DNA of 50,484 nt, the filler included, from Sphacelaria rigidula (Eukaryota), in assembly GCA_964200075.2 (NCBI GenBank). It is 3 parts of 3 records of this genome, joined end to end, with 100 filler letters (N's around TTAATTAATTAA, not from the genome) between each part and the next. Parts side by side here need not be neighbours in the genome. Positions count along the whole stretch, not along the records: positions 1 to 16,763 come from CAXNAA020001258.1; 2 more parts are not named here. One strand, written 5' to 3'. This document shows positions 1 to 10,985 of the stretch, in pieces (within the stretch, counting starts at the first letter, position 1; every line of letters begins with the position of its first letter). The notes under the pieces were generated by a model, which saw only the letters and a list, made by a program, of their open reading frames with translations, did not search any database and was not told the DNA's origin. The translations under genes and the position numbers were made by a program.

Positions 1-315
1 TGCTCCCTCAGTGTGTCGACCTCACGTTGGGCCGCGGTGGGGCGGGGGGGGGTGGAGCGGTGTGTAACGTATTCCAGTCTCTAAGGCCCCTTGAGAATAA
101 ACGCCTTTCCCATGGCGAACCGGAAAACCAAGACCGACCACGACATCCAACTTTTAACTTTCGCGCGGCCACTCAAAACCACAGCACGCGTGTGATGTGG
201 TTCATAACCAGTCGCATCGGCCGCTCCATCTCTTCCCGCGAGGACAACATTTACGATCTCACGGCTGTCTACTGGTTGCAACGACGCTGTTGGATCCTAT
301 TCAATTGAGTGCTGA

Positions 316-560
316 TCAAGTGAACCTCTCGGCCGCCTCCCAAGGACCCTTCAGGAACATAGATATCTCGAGCCGTTCCTGCTTGGTTCTGTTTCTTCGT
401 TGCGTCATAATAAGCCCACTGTGCGAGAACACTCGCTCTGAGGGACCTAACGATGCCGGAACAGCCACGGCGTTCCGAGCGACACGCGCAATGCGTAGGT
501 ACTTGCGCGCATTCAGCGCCCACCACTTGAGCGGGTTTTCGTTCATGGCTAGAGCATGTT
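316..560 (-). pseudogene. hAT transposase C-terminal dimerisation domain remnant
   Basis: Translation NPLKWWALNARKYLRIARVARNAVAVPASLGPSERVFSHSGLIMTQRRNR...EISMFLK matches the hAT dimerisation motif (PL.WW...LA...L.VPA.S..SER.FS..G.I.T..RNR). No upstream catalytic core is in frame. Confidence 0.85.
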
Positions 561-699
561 CTATCGCAATGTTCAAAATACCAAGAAAATAAAAAAATGA
601 AAATCCGCAGATTTTTTTCGAGCGGAGCGGATGTCTGGAGTGGACGTAATGGAGCACAGCTCTAGTTTTTTCCCCTCGTATTTTGCAAAAAAACGAGGA

Positions 700-1265
700 A
701 AAAATACAAGATGGCTACTGAAACCAACTCTAATGGGAGGCGTCCAAATTCCTGTTGGAAACTACATTTTGAGTCCTTCTCCGTCGATTTACGCCCGAAA
801 AGAGGGCTAGGCTGATGTTGACGTCTTGGGATGACTTGCTCTACTCGTTGAGACCGTTCCAGGGCATCGTTGCTTTTTCCGCTGGCCGCAGTTTTGTTTT
901 TGGCCAAACCAGGTCAAACACAGATCTTCAGTAAAAAACGGCCTGGTGATCAAAATTTCCCCCTGTTTCTTGATCGCTTGACCGTTTTTTATTGAAAATC
1001 CGTGTTTGACCAAAAATTAAAGTGCAGCCAGTCAGAAATACAAAGTTGCCCTGGAACGGTCTCAATGAGTAGAGCAAGTCATTCCAAGGTGTCAATATCC
1101 GCACAGCCCTATTTTCGGGCGTAACCGACGGAGAAGGGTCAAAAAGACAGTTTTACACAGGATCTTTGAACGGCTCCCATTAGAATAGGTCTTACGGTTC
1201 GTATTTTCACAAAATGGGCCCTCCTGGCTTGTTTGAAAAAGATACAAGATCGGCTTGTATTTTTC
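700..1265. mobile_element. Palindromic (foldback/MITE-like) non-autonomous element
   Basis: Left arm ctaatgggag(730)..ccttctccgtcg..gacttgctctactcgttgagaccgttccagggca..ggtcaaacac is the reverse complement of right arm gtgtttgacc..tgccctggaacggtctcaatgagtagagcaagtc..cgacggagaagg..ctcccattag(1183). A related left-arm copy occurs at ~17040-17200. Outer boundaries are approximate. Confidence 0.75.
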
Positions 1266-1479
1266 TCTAGTATTTTTTATTCGAGACGAGGCGAGACTAG
1301 CATCGCCCGGTAGCCCCGAAGATTTTTGTGCCCTTCGTCATCTGCGGGACTCTCCTGACAGCAATGTCGAACGCCCCCAGCGCCGTTTACACTTTAGACC
1401 AAACTTTTGCTTGTCCATCCCGGCGTACGCGAGATGTTCTCAGGGGTTGGCGATTTATTGGTATCGACCGTGCTCTTGA

Positions 1480-1985
1480 AAACCTGCAGCACGGACAGTA
1501 CCCAGCACAGAGATTACAGGATACTGTCTGTGCTGTCTCATGCGGTGGGTTGTAGGTGCACACATCAGAACAGTAGTATGCACAGCTGTCGTAAAAATGG
1601 TGCGTACAACGTGAGATATGTGAACAAGGTGCAATATAGACAACACTGGGCAGTACTGTGTTGTCTGCACTGCCGCATTGAACAGTAGGATGCACATGCC
1701 ATGCTGCACCCAACGGCTGCCGAAAATGATCTGGACAACGTGCAGTGTAGACAGTAAAAGGCCTGTACTGCCGCACTCAACAGTACAGTACAGCCAGAAC
1801 TGAGCAATGCAGTACTGTCTGTACTGTCGCATACGGCAGTATACATGCGCACATGTCAAGTTTTAGGCGGCAATACACAACGGCCGCACCAAAAGTGATG
1901 TGGAGCAGTGCAGTACTGTCTGTACTGCCGCATACGGTATACGGCAGTATAGGATGAAGGCGTCAGTTTGCACACAGTACGAGCT
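1480..1985. repeat. Dispersed repeat rich in CAGTAC/GTACTGTCTGTACTG motifs
   Basis: gcagtactgtctgtactg recurs at ~1810 and ~1910. The same motifs recur at ~6200-6340 and ~6640-6785. Confidence 0.55.
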
Positions 1986-2279
1986 GGACCAGCAGCGATC
2001 GGGGGAGGTCTATGTTTCATGTCTTCTTACACCAATACAGGAAGCTTGACATGGCGAAGTCTCTAGGTCTTTGTATCTCGCCTTGGCGTGCACACCCCTT
2101 TGAATTCCGCTACCCGTACTTTTGGTACCTTCCCGCTCTTTTGGTACCCCACCCCCTCAAAAATATATCCGGAACCGTAAGGTAGGGTCAATATCTCTTA
2201 TTGTATTTTTCTAGCGGATTTTTTCCTTATAATTTGTTGCAAAATACGATGGGAAAATACGAACCGGAAGAAACGGCCT

Positions 2280-2765
2280 CATACCCAAGTAATGTCTTAC
2301 AGCCAGGTATCGCTGAGAGTGCTTACCCAGCATTTAGGTTGGATATTTGAAGTTATACCCAATCTACCCAATATTTGGGTAGAGTATCTCGGATCGTACT
2401 CAATCTACCCAAAATCTGAGTAAGGTATCCGAGGTTGTATCCAAGTCTATCCAAATTTTGGTAGAGTACTGAGCCCATAACCAAGTGATACTCTATACCC
2501 AGGTATTGCCAAGTATCCTTGCCCAATATTTGGGTTTAGTATTTGATGTCGTACCCAATCTACCCAAAAATTGGGTAGATTATTTGAATTCTTACCCAAT
2601 CCACCCAAAATTTGGGTAGAGTATCTTAGGTCGTACCACATCTACTCAAAATTTGGGTAGGGTGTTTGAGGCCGTATCCAACCTACGTAAACCTTGGGTA
2701 TACGTATTCAAGTTCGTACCCAAGATACCCGAATTGGGGTAGAGGTCATACCCAGGTACTCCCAG
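2280..2765. repeat. TACCC/GGGTA ~39-40 bp minisatellite block, same family as the hAT MITE at 13672-14082
   Basis: Recurrent units like gtcgtacccaatctacccaaaatttgggtagagtat. Near-identical units occur at 13700-14050. Confidence 0.75.
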
Positions 2766-3243
2766 AGGTGCTTGGATATAATTAGTGCTGATTCTCGATC
2801 TAACTTCAGATTTCAGTGAATATGATACGAAAGGGCTCATGATGACTGCGTCACGGAGAGAAGTATTCCATAATTTACCATCTGTCGAGCAGAAAAAAAA
2901 AAGCACGGAATCGAAATGACCACTACAAGTTCATCTACACTCCTGGTTTGACACAGACGCTAAACGAGACTCGTATTTTCTTTCACGATTCCATCTCGCT
3001 CTGTTGTGGGAAGAAGCGTTGCACCGTAATTTGTCGCCTCTTCACACAGCTCGGCTGGTGCCTCGCCTCTTACCCTCATGCCGTGCCACCAACGTTCTAT
3101 TCCTACGATACAAAACAGTGTAACATCCACAATCGTTTTGGAATCGCGGTCAACTGTTACACCTAACAGCAGCAGTACTACTGACTACGATATAAATACA
3201 GTAGTTCACCGTTCCCCCACACCCCCGACACCATCCTAGTCTA

Positions 3244-3613
3244 GAGTCATGCCACGCAAAGGCAACGCTTTGTTGAGCAGCGGGTCGATGTCAGCTTCGG
3301 CGTTCAGGAGATCCTCGGATGTTCCCAAGCGCCGCCGGGGAAGACAGCGTCAATCTTCGGGATATCGCGGTAATCGGGGATGTGCGCGCAGTTCGCCTTC
3401 AGAAACAGGACCATCTCAATAGGCGTTCGGCAACCGAGCCTCAGCTGCTCAGATCGAGCGCGAATTCAGTGGTGTCGGTGCCCTGCTGAGGCCGGCCCGA
3501 AGATTGACGCTGTCTTCCTCAGCGGTTCTCGGGAACAGACGAGGACCTCCTGAACGCCGAAGCCGCCATCGACCCGCTGCTCAACAAAGCATCGCCTTTG
3601 CGTGGCACGACTC
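3244..3613. pseudogene. Two opposed hAT transposase 3'-end fragments forming an inverted repeat
   Basis: 3244-3361 is the reverse complement of 3496-3613. The - strand reads IEMVLFLKANCAHIPDYRDIPKID and the + strand reads AFGNRASAAQIEREFSGVGALL, both hAT C-terminal motifs. Confidence 0.7.
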
Positions 3614-3962
3614 ACGCTTGAAAAACCTGCTCACACTCTCCGCGCGGTCGTGCTCCGTCTTGACCCCAGCAACGGCTCGTTTCTTGAGGTCAGCCCAGGC
3701 GCCGTCAGTTTTTTTTCTTCACCGCCGCATCCGTCGTAGGAGCCACCACGCAGGAAGAGAGAGGGATGACGTCCCCATCTGTCTTCGTGAGCCTCAGGGC
3801 TTGTAAATTCGATTCCGTGTTGAACGGAGGCGTCAGTAACACGGCCCGCATCCCGGAAGGAACAGGGATGCGGAGTGTCCTCATGAAAAACACACACACA
3901 TGAAGCCTCGTAGTCAGGGCCCTGGTGAGCTGTAGGCGAGTGTTCGTGGCAGTAGATCTTAA

Positions 3963-4060
3963 CCCTTAGACCGCGAGGTTAGTCTTCTGTTGAATCGGCA
4001 TCAATTTCAAGTGAAGAAAAGTATGCATGATCCAGAAAGACTCATGTCACGGTCTAAGGG
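3963..4060. mobile_element. Tiny piggyBac-type MITE (98 bp)
   Basis: TTAA|CCCTTAGACCGCGA ... TCACGGTCTAAGGG|TTAA: 14-bp TIR with 1 mismatch, CCC/GGG ends, TTAA on both flanks. Confidence 0.7.
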
Positions 4061-4079
4061 TTAAGCTTTGGGCGTATAT

Positions 4080-4330
4080 TCATGGTTGACAACATGACTA
4101 CTTGATTTTAGAATTGAGAAAGTTTTGAGAAGATTTATGGTTTGGAGCAGGTGAGCAGTGGACCCAGCTCGTCCAGGACGTGCTTTTGACAAAATCGGCG
4201 CCTGCGGCGTCGATTTGAGGTCTACCGACGCACACTTTGCCTAGGGGAACATATGTACTTCCCTTGCCCGAGGGTCTCGTACGCCTCGGGCCGGGGTTAG
4301 GGTTAAGGTTAGCGTTATTGTTAGTTTGTT
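4080..4330 (+). repeat. Dispersed repeat ending in a TTAGGG-like tract, homologous to ~19190-19535
   Basis: atcggcgcctg..cgatt.gaggtct...acgcacactt..ctaggg...cccgagggt.ctcg...ggggttagggtta is shared by both loci. Confidence 0.7.
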
Positions 4331-4359
4331 CGAAAAATCAACCACAGATATACGTCCAA

Positions 4360-5095
4360 AGCTCCAGGTCGCCTCGTTCGTGGTGACTTCTTCCAGCATC
4401 TCCGGGGACACCATTTCCGTGGGGAATGGTTTGAGCTCTTCCCCTTCCCGCGGGGAGTCCACGTCTGCGAGTGACGGGATAACGAACGCCAAGTGCATCT
4501 CGGCCTTCAGGGGCACCTTGCCGTACTGACCGTCACGCGTGATGGCGGATAGAGGTTGTATCAGCGAGTAGAGCTGCAGAATGCCTCCATTGTTGCTGCC
4601 CTCGTCAAGGGGGGAAGGTAAGGGCCTCGGTGCCCTGGAGCTTTCTCAGCAGTTGCCGCAAGCGGATAATCCGCTCCAACGCCTTCGCCAGGCTCAGCCA
4701 TCGTTGGGGTGCGTGCGTGATGACCTCGAAGATCTCGTCTAGCAGTTCCGTCTGCATGTCTTCGGACTTTTTCTCGAAGCTGGGAGATTTGTTGAGCCTC
4801 TCGGGGACCTTCACGACAAGCTTGATGTGGTCACGCTCATAGCGACTCTTGGACTTGGCCGGGTTTGCCGTAGTGCCGAAGGCGTTTTCTGCGGCCTTGC
4901 TCGTCAAATGGCATACACACCAGTTGACAAAGGCTATTGACGTACATGGCCTTCACATCGGAGCCGCTGTCTGTTGTTCCCGAGGCCAGGTCCTTTAGTT
5001 GCACGCCGCACTCTTGCAGAGTCGCCGCGAAAATCTTGAGAAGCCTTTTGGAGGCCATACTTTCTTCGAGGTCCTGCGCAGGCGCGTGGTGCTTG
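4360..5095 (-). pseudogene. hAT transposase catalytic core remnant (frameshifted)
   Basis: Fragments DLASGTTDSGSDVKAM (cf. hAT TD..SN motif), AAENAFG and HAPQRWLSLAKALERIIRL (cf. TRW.S...L.R) lie in successive - frames. Collinear with the C-terminal piece at 3250-3420. Confidence 0.75.
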
Positions 5096-6345
5096 ACCTG
5101 ATGAAATAAAATTAAAACAGGTCAAATAAATACAACTTCAACGCATGAGTTTTCAGCGTTGCCCATGCTATATTTTCATGACTTGCAGCTGGGCCACACG
5201 GCAGGCAGTCGTCTTCAGATCCACGGGTGTTGGTATCTCGACATTACTGGGCGTCCAGCGGAGAAAACATGGCTACCAGTAAGGCAGTAGTATGGACCAG
5301 TCAGAGTGCTTTCAATTCATCAATGTATAACGTCTTGTGCTGTACGAAGAACTTTTAATTCGCCCTACTTTTGCGTTTTTTTTCGCCACTTGGCTGCTCT
5401 CGCTAGTTTCCACTTGAGGCATACTGATGATATAAATCGGGCGTCAAAATTCAACGCTCTCACGACGAAGTGCACATAGCTCCGAAGATGAAACCTCGAG
5501 CCATTTTCTAGCATTCTGTTTCCCGAGAGGACGATAAAAAGGTCGAACTATGTTGAATCAGGTCGAAAAAAGCATAGCAAAATGAGGCCCGTAATAACAT
5601 CCTTTCACGAGGCTACTTTTTATCTAGTTTTCCGCAAAATCGGTAATTTTATGGTTTGTCTCACAAAAACAAATTTCGGAAAAATCCGATGTTTGATTTC
5701 TTGCATTTTTTTCACTCGGTTTGCAGTTGATCCGTAGCCTGAGTTCTGTCAGACACCTGCTGGCGCGTTGCGCGGGAAAAAAAATCCGAAAACTTCGGAG
5801 TTTTCGTACATCCAACTCCTAAAATTTTGCAGGGCAAGACTGTTGAAAAGCCAACATGACTTGGTATTCTCGAATTCATTTTTGCTGGCTAAGCTCGTGG
5901 TGCACACCGAAATCGTAACCCAGGTTATCATAGGTTTCGCAGGCTCGGGGGCGCATTTCGAGAGCGTAACTGTTGCAGTCATCGAGTGGCTTGAGTTTTG
6001 ACCTTGCTGCTGAGTTCAAATATCGCGCTCATCCCTGTAACTGCAACTGACACCGAAACTTGAGCGTCCCTGTGTAGGGTAGAGGTTAGCGACGGAACTG
6101 CGTGGCGGGGTGACGACTGACTTGCGAACACGCTCATGGACAGGACAGGACAGGCAGCGGAAAACTGCACGTTGCTCAAATCTTTTTCACATCATTCCGT
6201 GTGAAGAGAGTGTAGACAGTCCTGTGCTGTCTGTGCTACACGTTGCCCCCTTCTTCACAACCTACTGCTGTACGAAACACGCACACATTGTGCAGACAGC
6301 ACAGACAGTACTGTACTGTCTGTATTGATTACATGTGACCAACTA

Positions 6346-6619
6346 CCGCTTGACGAATCTTGCTCAGCTTTCTCGATGGAAAGCGCGCAAAATCGCTCGG
6401 ACCCTCACACAGCAAAATGAACGAACTCAATTCCGCCGCACGAATTCATGTGAGTCGAAGAAATTTGAATTTGATGATAATCCACGGTCTCGGGCCGTGT
6501 CTTATCATTTGTTTTTCGACTCGAACGAGTTCGTGCGGCGGAATTGATTTAGTCCCTTTCTCTATGTTCGGGTCGGAGCGAATTTGCACGGGAAAAACTA
6601 AGCGAAATTCGTGAAGCGG
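6346..6619. mobile_element. Palindromic MITE with TA TSD (Tc1/mariner-pogo type)
   Basis: TA|CCGCTTGACGAAT ... ATTCGTGAAGCGG|TA, with internal arms caattccgccgcacgaa / ttcgtgcggcggaattg. It is inserted into the CAGTAC-rich repeat. Confidence 0.75.
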
Positions 6620-7847
6620 TACTTGTCTACTTGTATTCAATACAGACAGTACAGCATGCAGGCGCGATGTGAAAAAGAAGCGGGCAACGTGACATGTGTA
6701 CGGTAGAGCTGTCTGTACTCTCTGCACACAGGAGGGTGTGAGAGAGATTTGAACCGCGTGCAGTTTTGTACTGCCTCTACTGTTCATGGGTGTGTTCGCA
6801 ATTCGATCGCCCACCCTAACTCGCAACTCCATCGGTGGACCCCACCTCAAAACTATATGCTCAAGTTTTCGCCAACAATAGAGGAACACATCATGCCAAG
6901 AGGGTCATGATGTCGGTTCCCTGTCACTGCAGTGTATGCATCCCTGTGCGCAGCTCGTGATCTATGCTGCAGGGTTGAGTTGGTAGCTACGAATAGACCA
7001 TGTGGGGATTGTATAGTTCTGCGAATGGGTTGTATCTGACATGGTTGCCTGCAACATAGGAGTCATGTGCCCCTTCGTTCGTTTCCGCCGCGTGTTTTCA
7101 AGCGAAAAAAAGCGAAGCTTCTATCTTTTTCACCCTGCCCGTCGCGCGCAGATGATTGTGAAGTGGTACTCGAAGCCATCTGAGAACATGAATGCCGTGG
7201 ACGTATCAGGTACGAGCTAATTACAACCAATTCGATTCGACCGCATGTTTTCGAGTCGATTTTTTTCATAAGACACGGCTTCAGCTGACAATTGCACGCA
7301 ATATGTAATATATGCACGTGTTACTCGATAACAGTGCGCCATGGTCAACACTTCACTCACAGCAAGCAGAGCGTGCTTCAGCTCGAACGGGCGGTCACGC
7401 TGTTGACGTGTATTTCAAGTAACTGGTGCCTCGACGATTTGCATGTGCACAGGTCGAGAATGTAATGCAGAACAGGGAGCTGTGCTTTGTCCACCTCTCG
7501 CTCCAGGCTTCCAACGACAACCTGCAGGAAGACGGCGTTCCATCATGTGTTGACGACGGGGAACAAAACATACACGACCGCTGGGCACCGACTTCCTGTC
7601 GTCTTGTTTTGTGTTTTTTTCCCCGACGAATGCAATTGCAGATACCAACTTCACGCACGGAACGGTTGTAGCGGCAACAACGAGACGGGGGAGCTGCGTT
7701 ATCGTATTTCATTGTCTATTGCAATGTATGTACACCTGCAGCTTTCCTAGAAAAAGTGCGCTGCAGTCACGCGGCTGGTTACTTGAACGACTGTAGTAAT
7801 ATACACAGTACGCTACAGCCAGTGCTATACAAGACACGAAAAAAGTA

Positions 7848-7945
7848 TGGTAATCTTACAGAAGTCACACAACTGTCGGGTACGGTAAATACCCGGGAAA
7901 ATACCCCGCGTATACAGAAAACCGTACCCTACTGAACACAAGCTT
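7848..7945. repeat. Isolated terminus of the GGGTA-rich element family
   Basis: atggtaatcttacag...aaaaccgtaccctactgaacacaagcttg is a direct repeat of 9061-9159. Confidence 0.7.
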
Positions 7946-8614
7946 GTTATCATCACCCCTGTGGCGGGACTTAAATAACTACTACATATGACATTTCACG
8001 AACACTCTGAACGGCTTCACGGGATCGACAAAACAAGACTACACGACCATTCGCAGTAGTACATGTGCACGGGATCGTCAACATCTACCGGCTTGACGTG
8101 CACTCCCAGAGAGAAAATGAAGGATTTTTACGGCTGCCCGCTCTCTGCAAGCCCTTCGGCAACACAAAATCGTTGACGGCCTAGACGACTTCTGGTGGCA
8201 GTTCATACTCTTTGCCGTGCATGTCGATAGCGCCCTGGGGTTCGATGACCACGACACAACCACCATCAACGTCGATGACCTGTGTATTGCTATCTGATCC
8301 CCTTGGTGGCGCAGATGAACCGCCCCCGCTCGAGCCACCGCTCGAGTCTGGGGGTGATCCGTCCTGGCCGTCTGCAGTGCTGCTCTTGTTTCGTGTCTCC
8401 ACTCAGCAGTACCTCGTCACCCGTCAGATTCCAAACTGGAGAACTTTCCAAGTTTGAATTTTTGTTGGTGTCGTAGTTTTGAATGAAGGAGTAGGGTTGG
8501 TTGGTTGATGGGAAGTACATGTTGCGGTTATGAAGTTGTGTTTTGATTAAAGCTATACCCATACCTCCCCAAGGTATATATATATATATATATATATACC
8601 TCACCTCGTGCCTG

Positions 8615-9159
8615 CAGTCGGGTACATCTACAACGGTATACCCTAACCCCAGGTAGGGGTATGGGGGGCTTACAGAGCTTACAGAGCTGTCGGGTACCGG
8701 TACTGTATGAATGTCTTCCAGAAGTTACAGAACTTGTCGGGTAGGGCATGGAAGGCTTATAAAAAACCGTACCGGCAATAAGGGATTTCTTCAAGGGCAT
8801 ACCTGCGCTCTGGGTATGGGTATGCTTTCTGTACAAAACTCACAGATCTTTCGGGTGAGGGTTCGGGAGGCTTAACGAACTTACCGAAACTGTCGGGTAG
8901 GATGTGGAGGTCGCACGTAAATCCGTACCCGCAACCGGGTATCTTGTCAAGAGCATACGCGTGCCCCCCGGTAACGGTACGGGAGGCTTTCCAAACTCAC
9001 AGAACAGTCGGATAAGGGTACGAAAGTCTTACAGAGTTTGCATAACTGCCGGGTACTTGTATGGTAGTCTTACAGTAGTCACAGACTGTCGGGCACGGTG
9101 AATACCCGGTAAAATACCCCGGGTACACAGAAAACCGTACCCTACAGAACTCAACCTTG
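8615..9159. mobile_element. GGGTA-rich non-autonomous DNA element (probable hAT family), right end at 9159
   Basis: Internal repeats ttacagaacttgtcgggtaggg / tcacaga..gtcggg. Ends in ...gaactcaaccttg, i.e. a CAAGG-type TIR like 13672-14082. Left TIR and TSD not found. Confidence 0.55.
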
Positions 9160-9364
9160 AGGGGTTAGTATAGCGTTGAGGACTTGATGATTGTCGCATA
9201 GCAATTAGACTAAGCGTATATACCGCGAGTTACTCGAACATAAGCAGAGCGGGTTGCACACTGCGGACCACAGGGTACTTAGTTTGTGAGGATGCATTGC
9301 CGACGTCAATTCTGAACTGGAACCTGACGAGTCCACCAGTGACGGAGGAGCGCCAGCCTCAGTG

Positions 9365-9709
9365 TTGTCATTCCATTTATTCTGGACGCCAGTTTACACC
9401 TTTCGGTATATGCAGGCGCCCAAGCCGGGATCACACAGGAGGAAGGCCAACACAGGAGTTTTTTCTTTTTTTCTTTGTTTTACTCCTCCGCCTTCCTTTT
9501 ACGGTGCTTGCGTTGATTTTTTATCGCGAGAGGGGTTCAGCTGTCCCTCTCCCTCGTTGACCGTCAAGTCGAGTTTTGTGTACCCACGATATAGTCGCTC
9601 TCCACTGTGGGGCACTGTGTGAGAAAAATCCCAGTTCGCTCCGAGATTCGAACCCACGACCCAACCGTCAGAAGGTGTCGAGGTTACCAACTGAGCCACC
9701 GGGGCGACC
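9365..9709 (-). mobile_element. tRNA-derived SINE
   Basis: The - strand head ggtcgccccggTGGCTCAGTTGGtaacc...gGGTTCGAATCtcgg carries pol III A and B boxes, followed by a ~270 bp non-tRNA body ending ...ccagaataaatggaatg. Confidence 0.8.
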
Positions 9710-10985
9710 CGCTTTAGAGAGCAATATCGGACAACACGCCCCAAAATCATGCGTAGCTGGCATAGAGACATTTTACTTTTGTACACGATTGGCTCTGGAT
9801 CAAGTACTGACCTTATCAGGGCTTACCAACAAAAACTGAGGTCCAAAGCCCGATTCGGCTACATCATCTCAACAAGTTTTTTTGCAGTGCCCATCAGTGT
9901 CACCAGCTCTACCGATGGCTTCAACAATTATTCAGTGGGTATGTGGATCACTTGAGTACAGCGTCAGGGCGACTACACGATAGTGTGGTCCGTGTGATGC
10001 ACAACATTGAATGTATGTTTTGTTCAAAGCTCGGGCGGGAGGGATGAGAGCTTGTAGAGGGGTTGGTGGTTGTACTTTCCCTTGTGATGTTCCATCGCCG
10101 TGTAGGAAGTGGGGAGGGTTGTTATGGAGCTTAGAGCCGTGGATAACACGTAGACTACTCGTTGATTGTGCTATTGCTTGGTACACACATACGAGGCAGC
10201 CCTACAGCTCGACAACTCGAGCAGAACGACCCACGCATGCTGTTAAACGTTTCGAAGAAATACCGCAGAAACTAAGACCATCCGGCTGCCGAATAAATAT
10301 CCGTGAGGTAATTACTGGGGAACCTGATGATCTTGTCTGAGCGGTTTTACGTGAATTCTGGTTAACCTAGCTGTGATCACCGCTCTCTATCCGACACGCC
10401 TTCTTACAAGCCCAAGACTAAAAGTCTTGCACGTCGTCATTGTCCATCCCCGTCCGGGTGATTGTCGTTTTTTCTCTGAGCAAACGATACGCTCTTGTCT
10501 GTCCACTACACGACTCAATCTTAGATTCTAGCAACAACCATGCAGTTCCTGCCCTCGAGGCAGATCACGCGTCCCGTCGCACCCCACCGAGCAAGAACCT
10601 ATTGCCCAAACCCCCACAGTCCTGGGTAAGGTGGAACGTACCCACTATCCGTGGGTCCCTTCCATGTAATAGGTGATGTTCATCACTGCATCGTGAGCGC
10701 TTGTATTGAAAACTCATGTCGCGCATGAATGTTCAACTTGTGACCTGTAAACAAAAGAGCAACACCCACCCCGGTCGAGCAGAATAGCCCAGATGACCCC
10801 GGAGACGGATTTTCCGCGTGGTACATGGACGAGCACAACCCAGATGGAAAAAGACAATCCAGTAGTGCTCGATGTCTGTGATGTGCCCTCAACACGGAGG
10901 ACACCAGCACCAGCCACCTGGTGAAGCAGTCCCCATGTCCGCGCTTGCCATGCTGTATGTTTGTTTGGCGTCATGCTCCAGTCAG

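Noticed and set aside
9630-9709. tRNA gene
   Set aside because: A and B boxes are present, but there is no convincing acceptor or anticodon stem and it continues into a SINE body.
9830-10930. Candidate 5' exons of the MATE gene (e.g. donor at ~10625)
   Set aside because: Could not be linked in phase or by homology.
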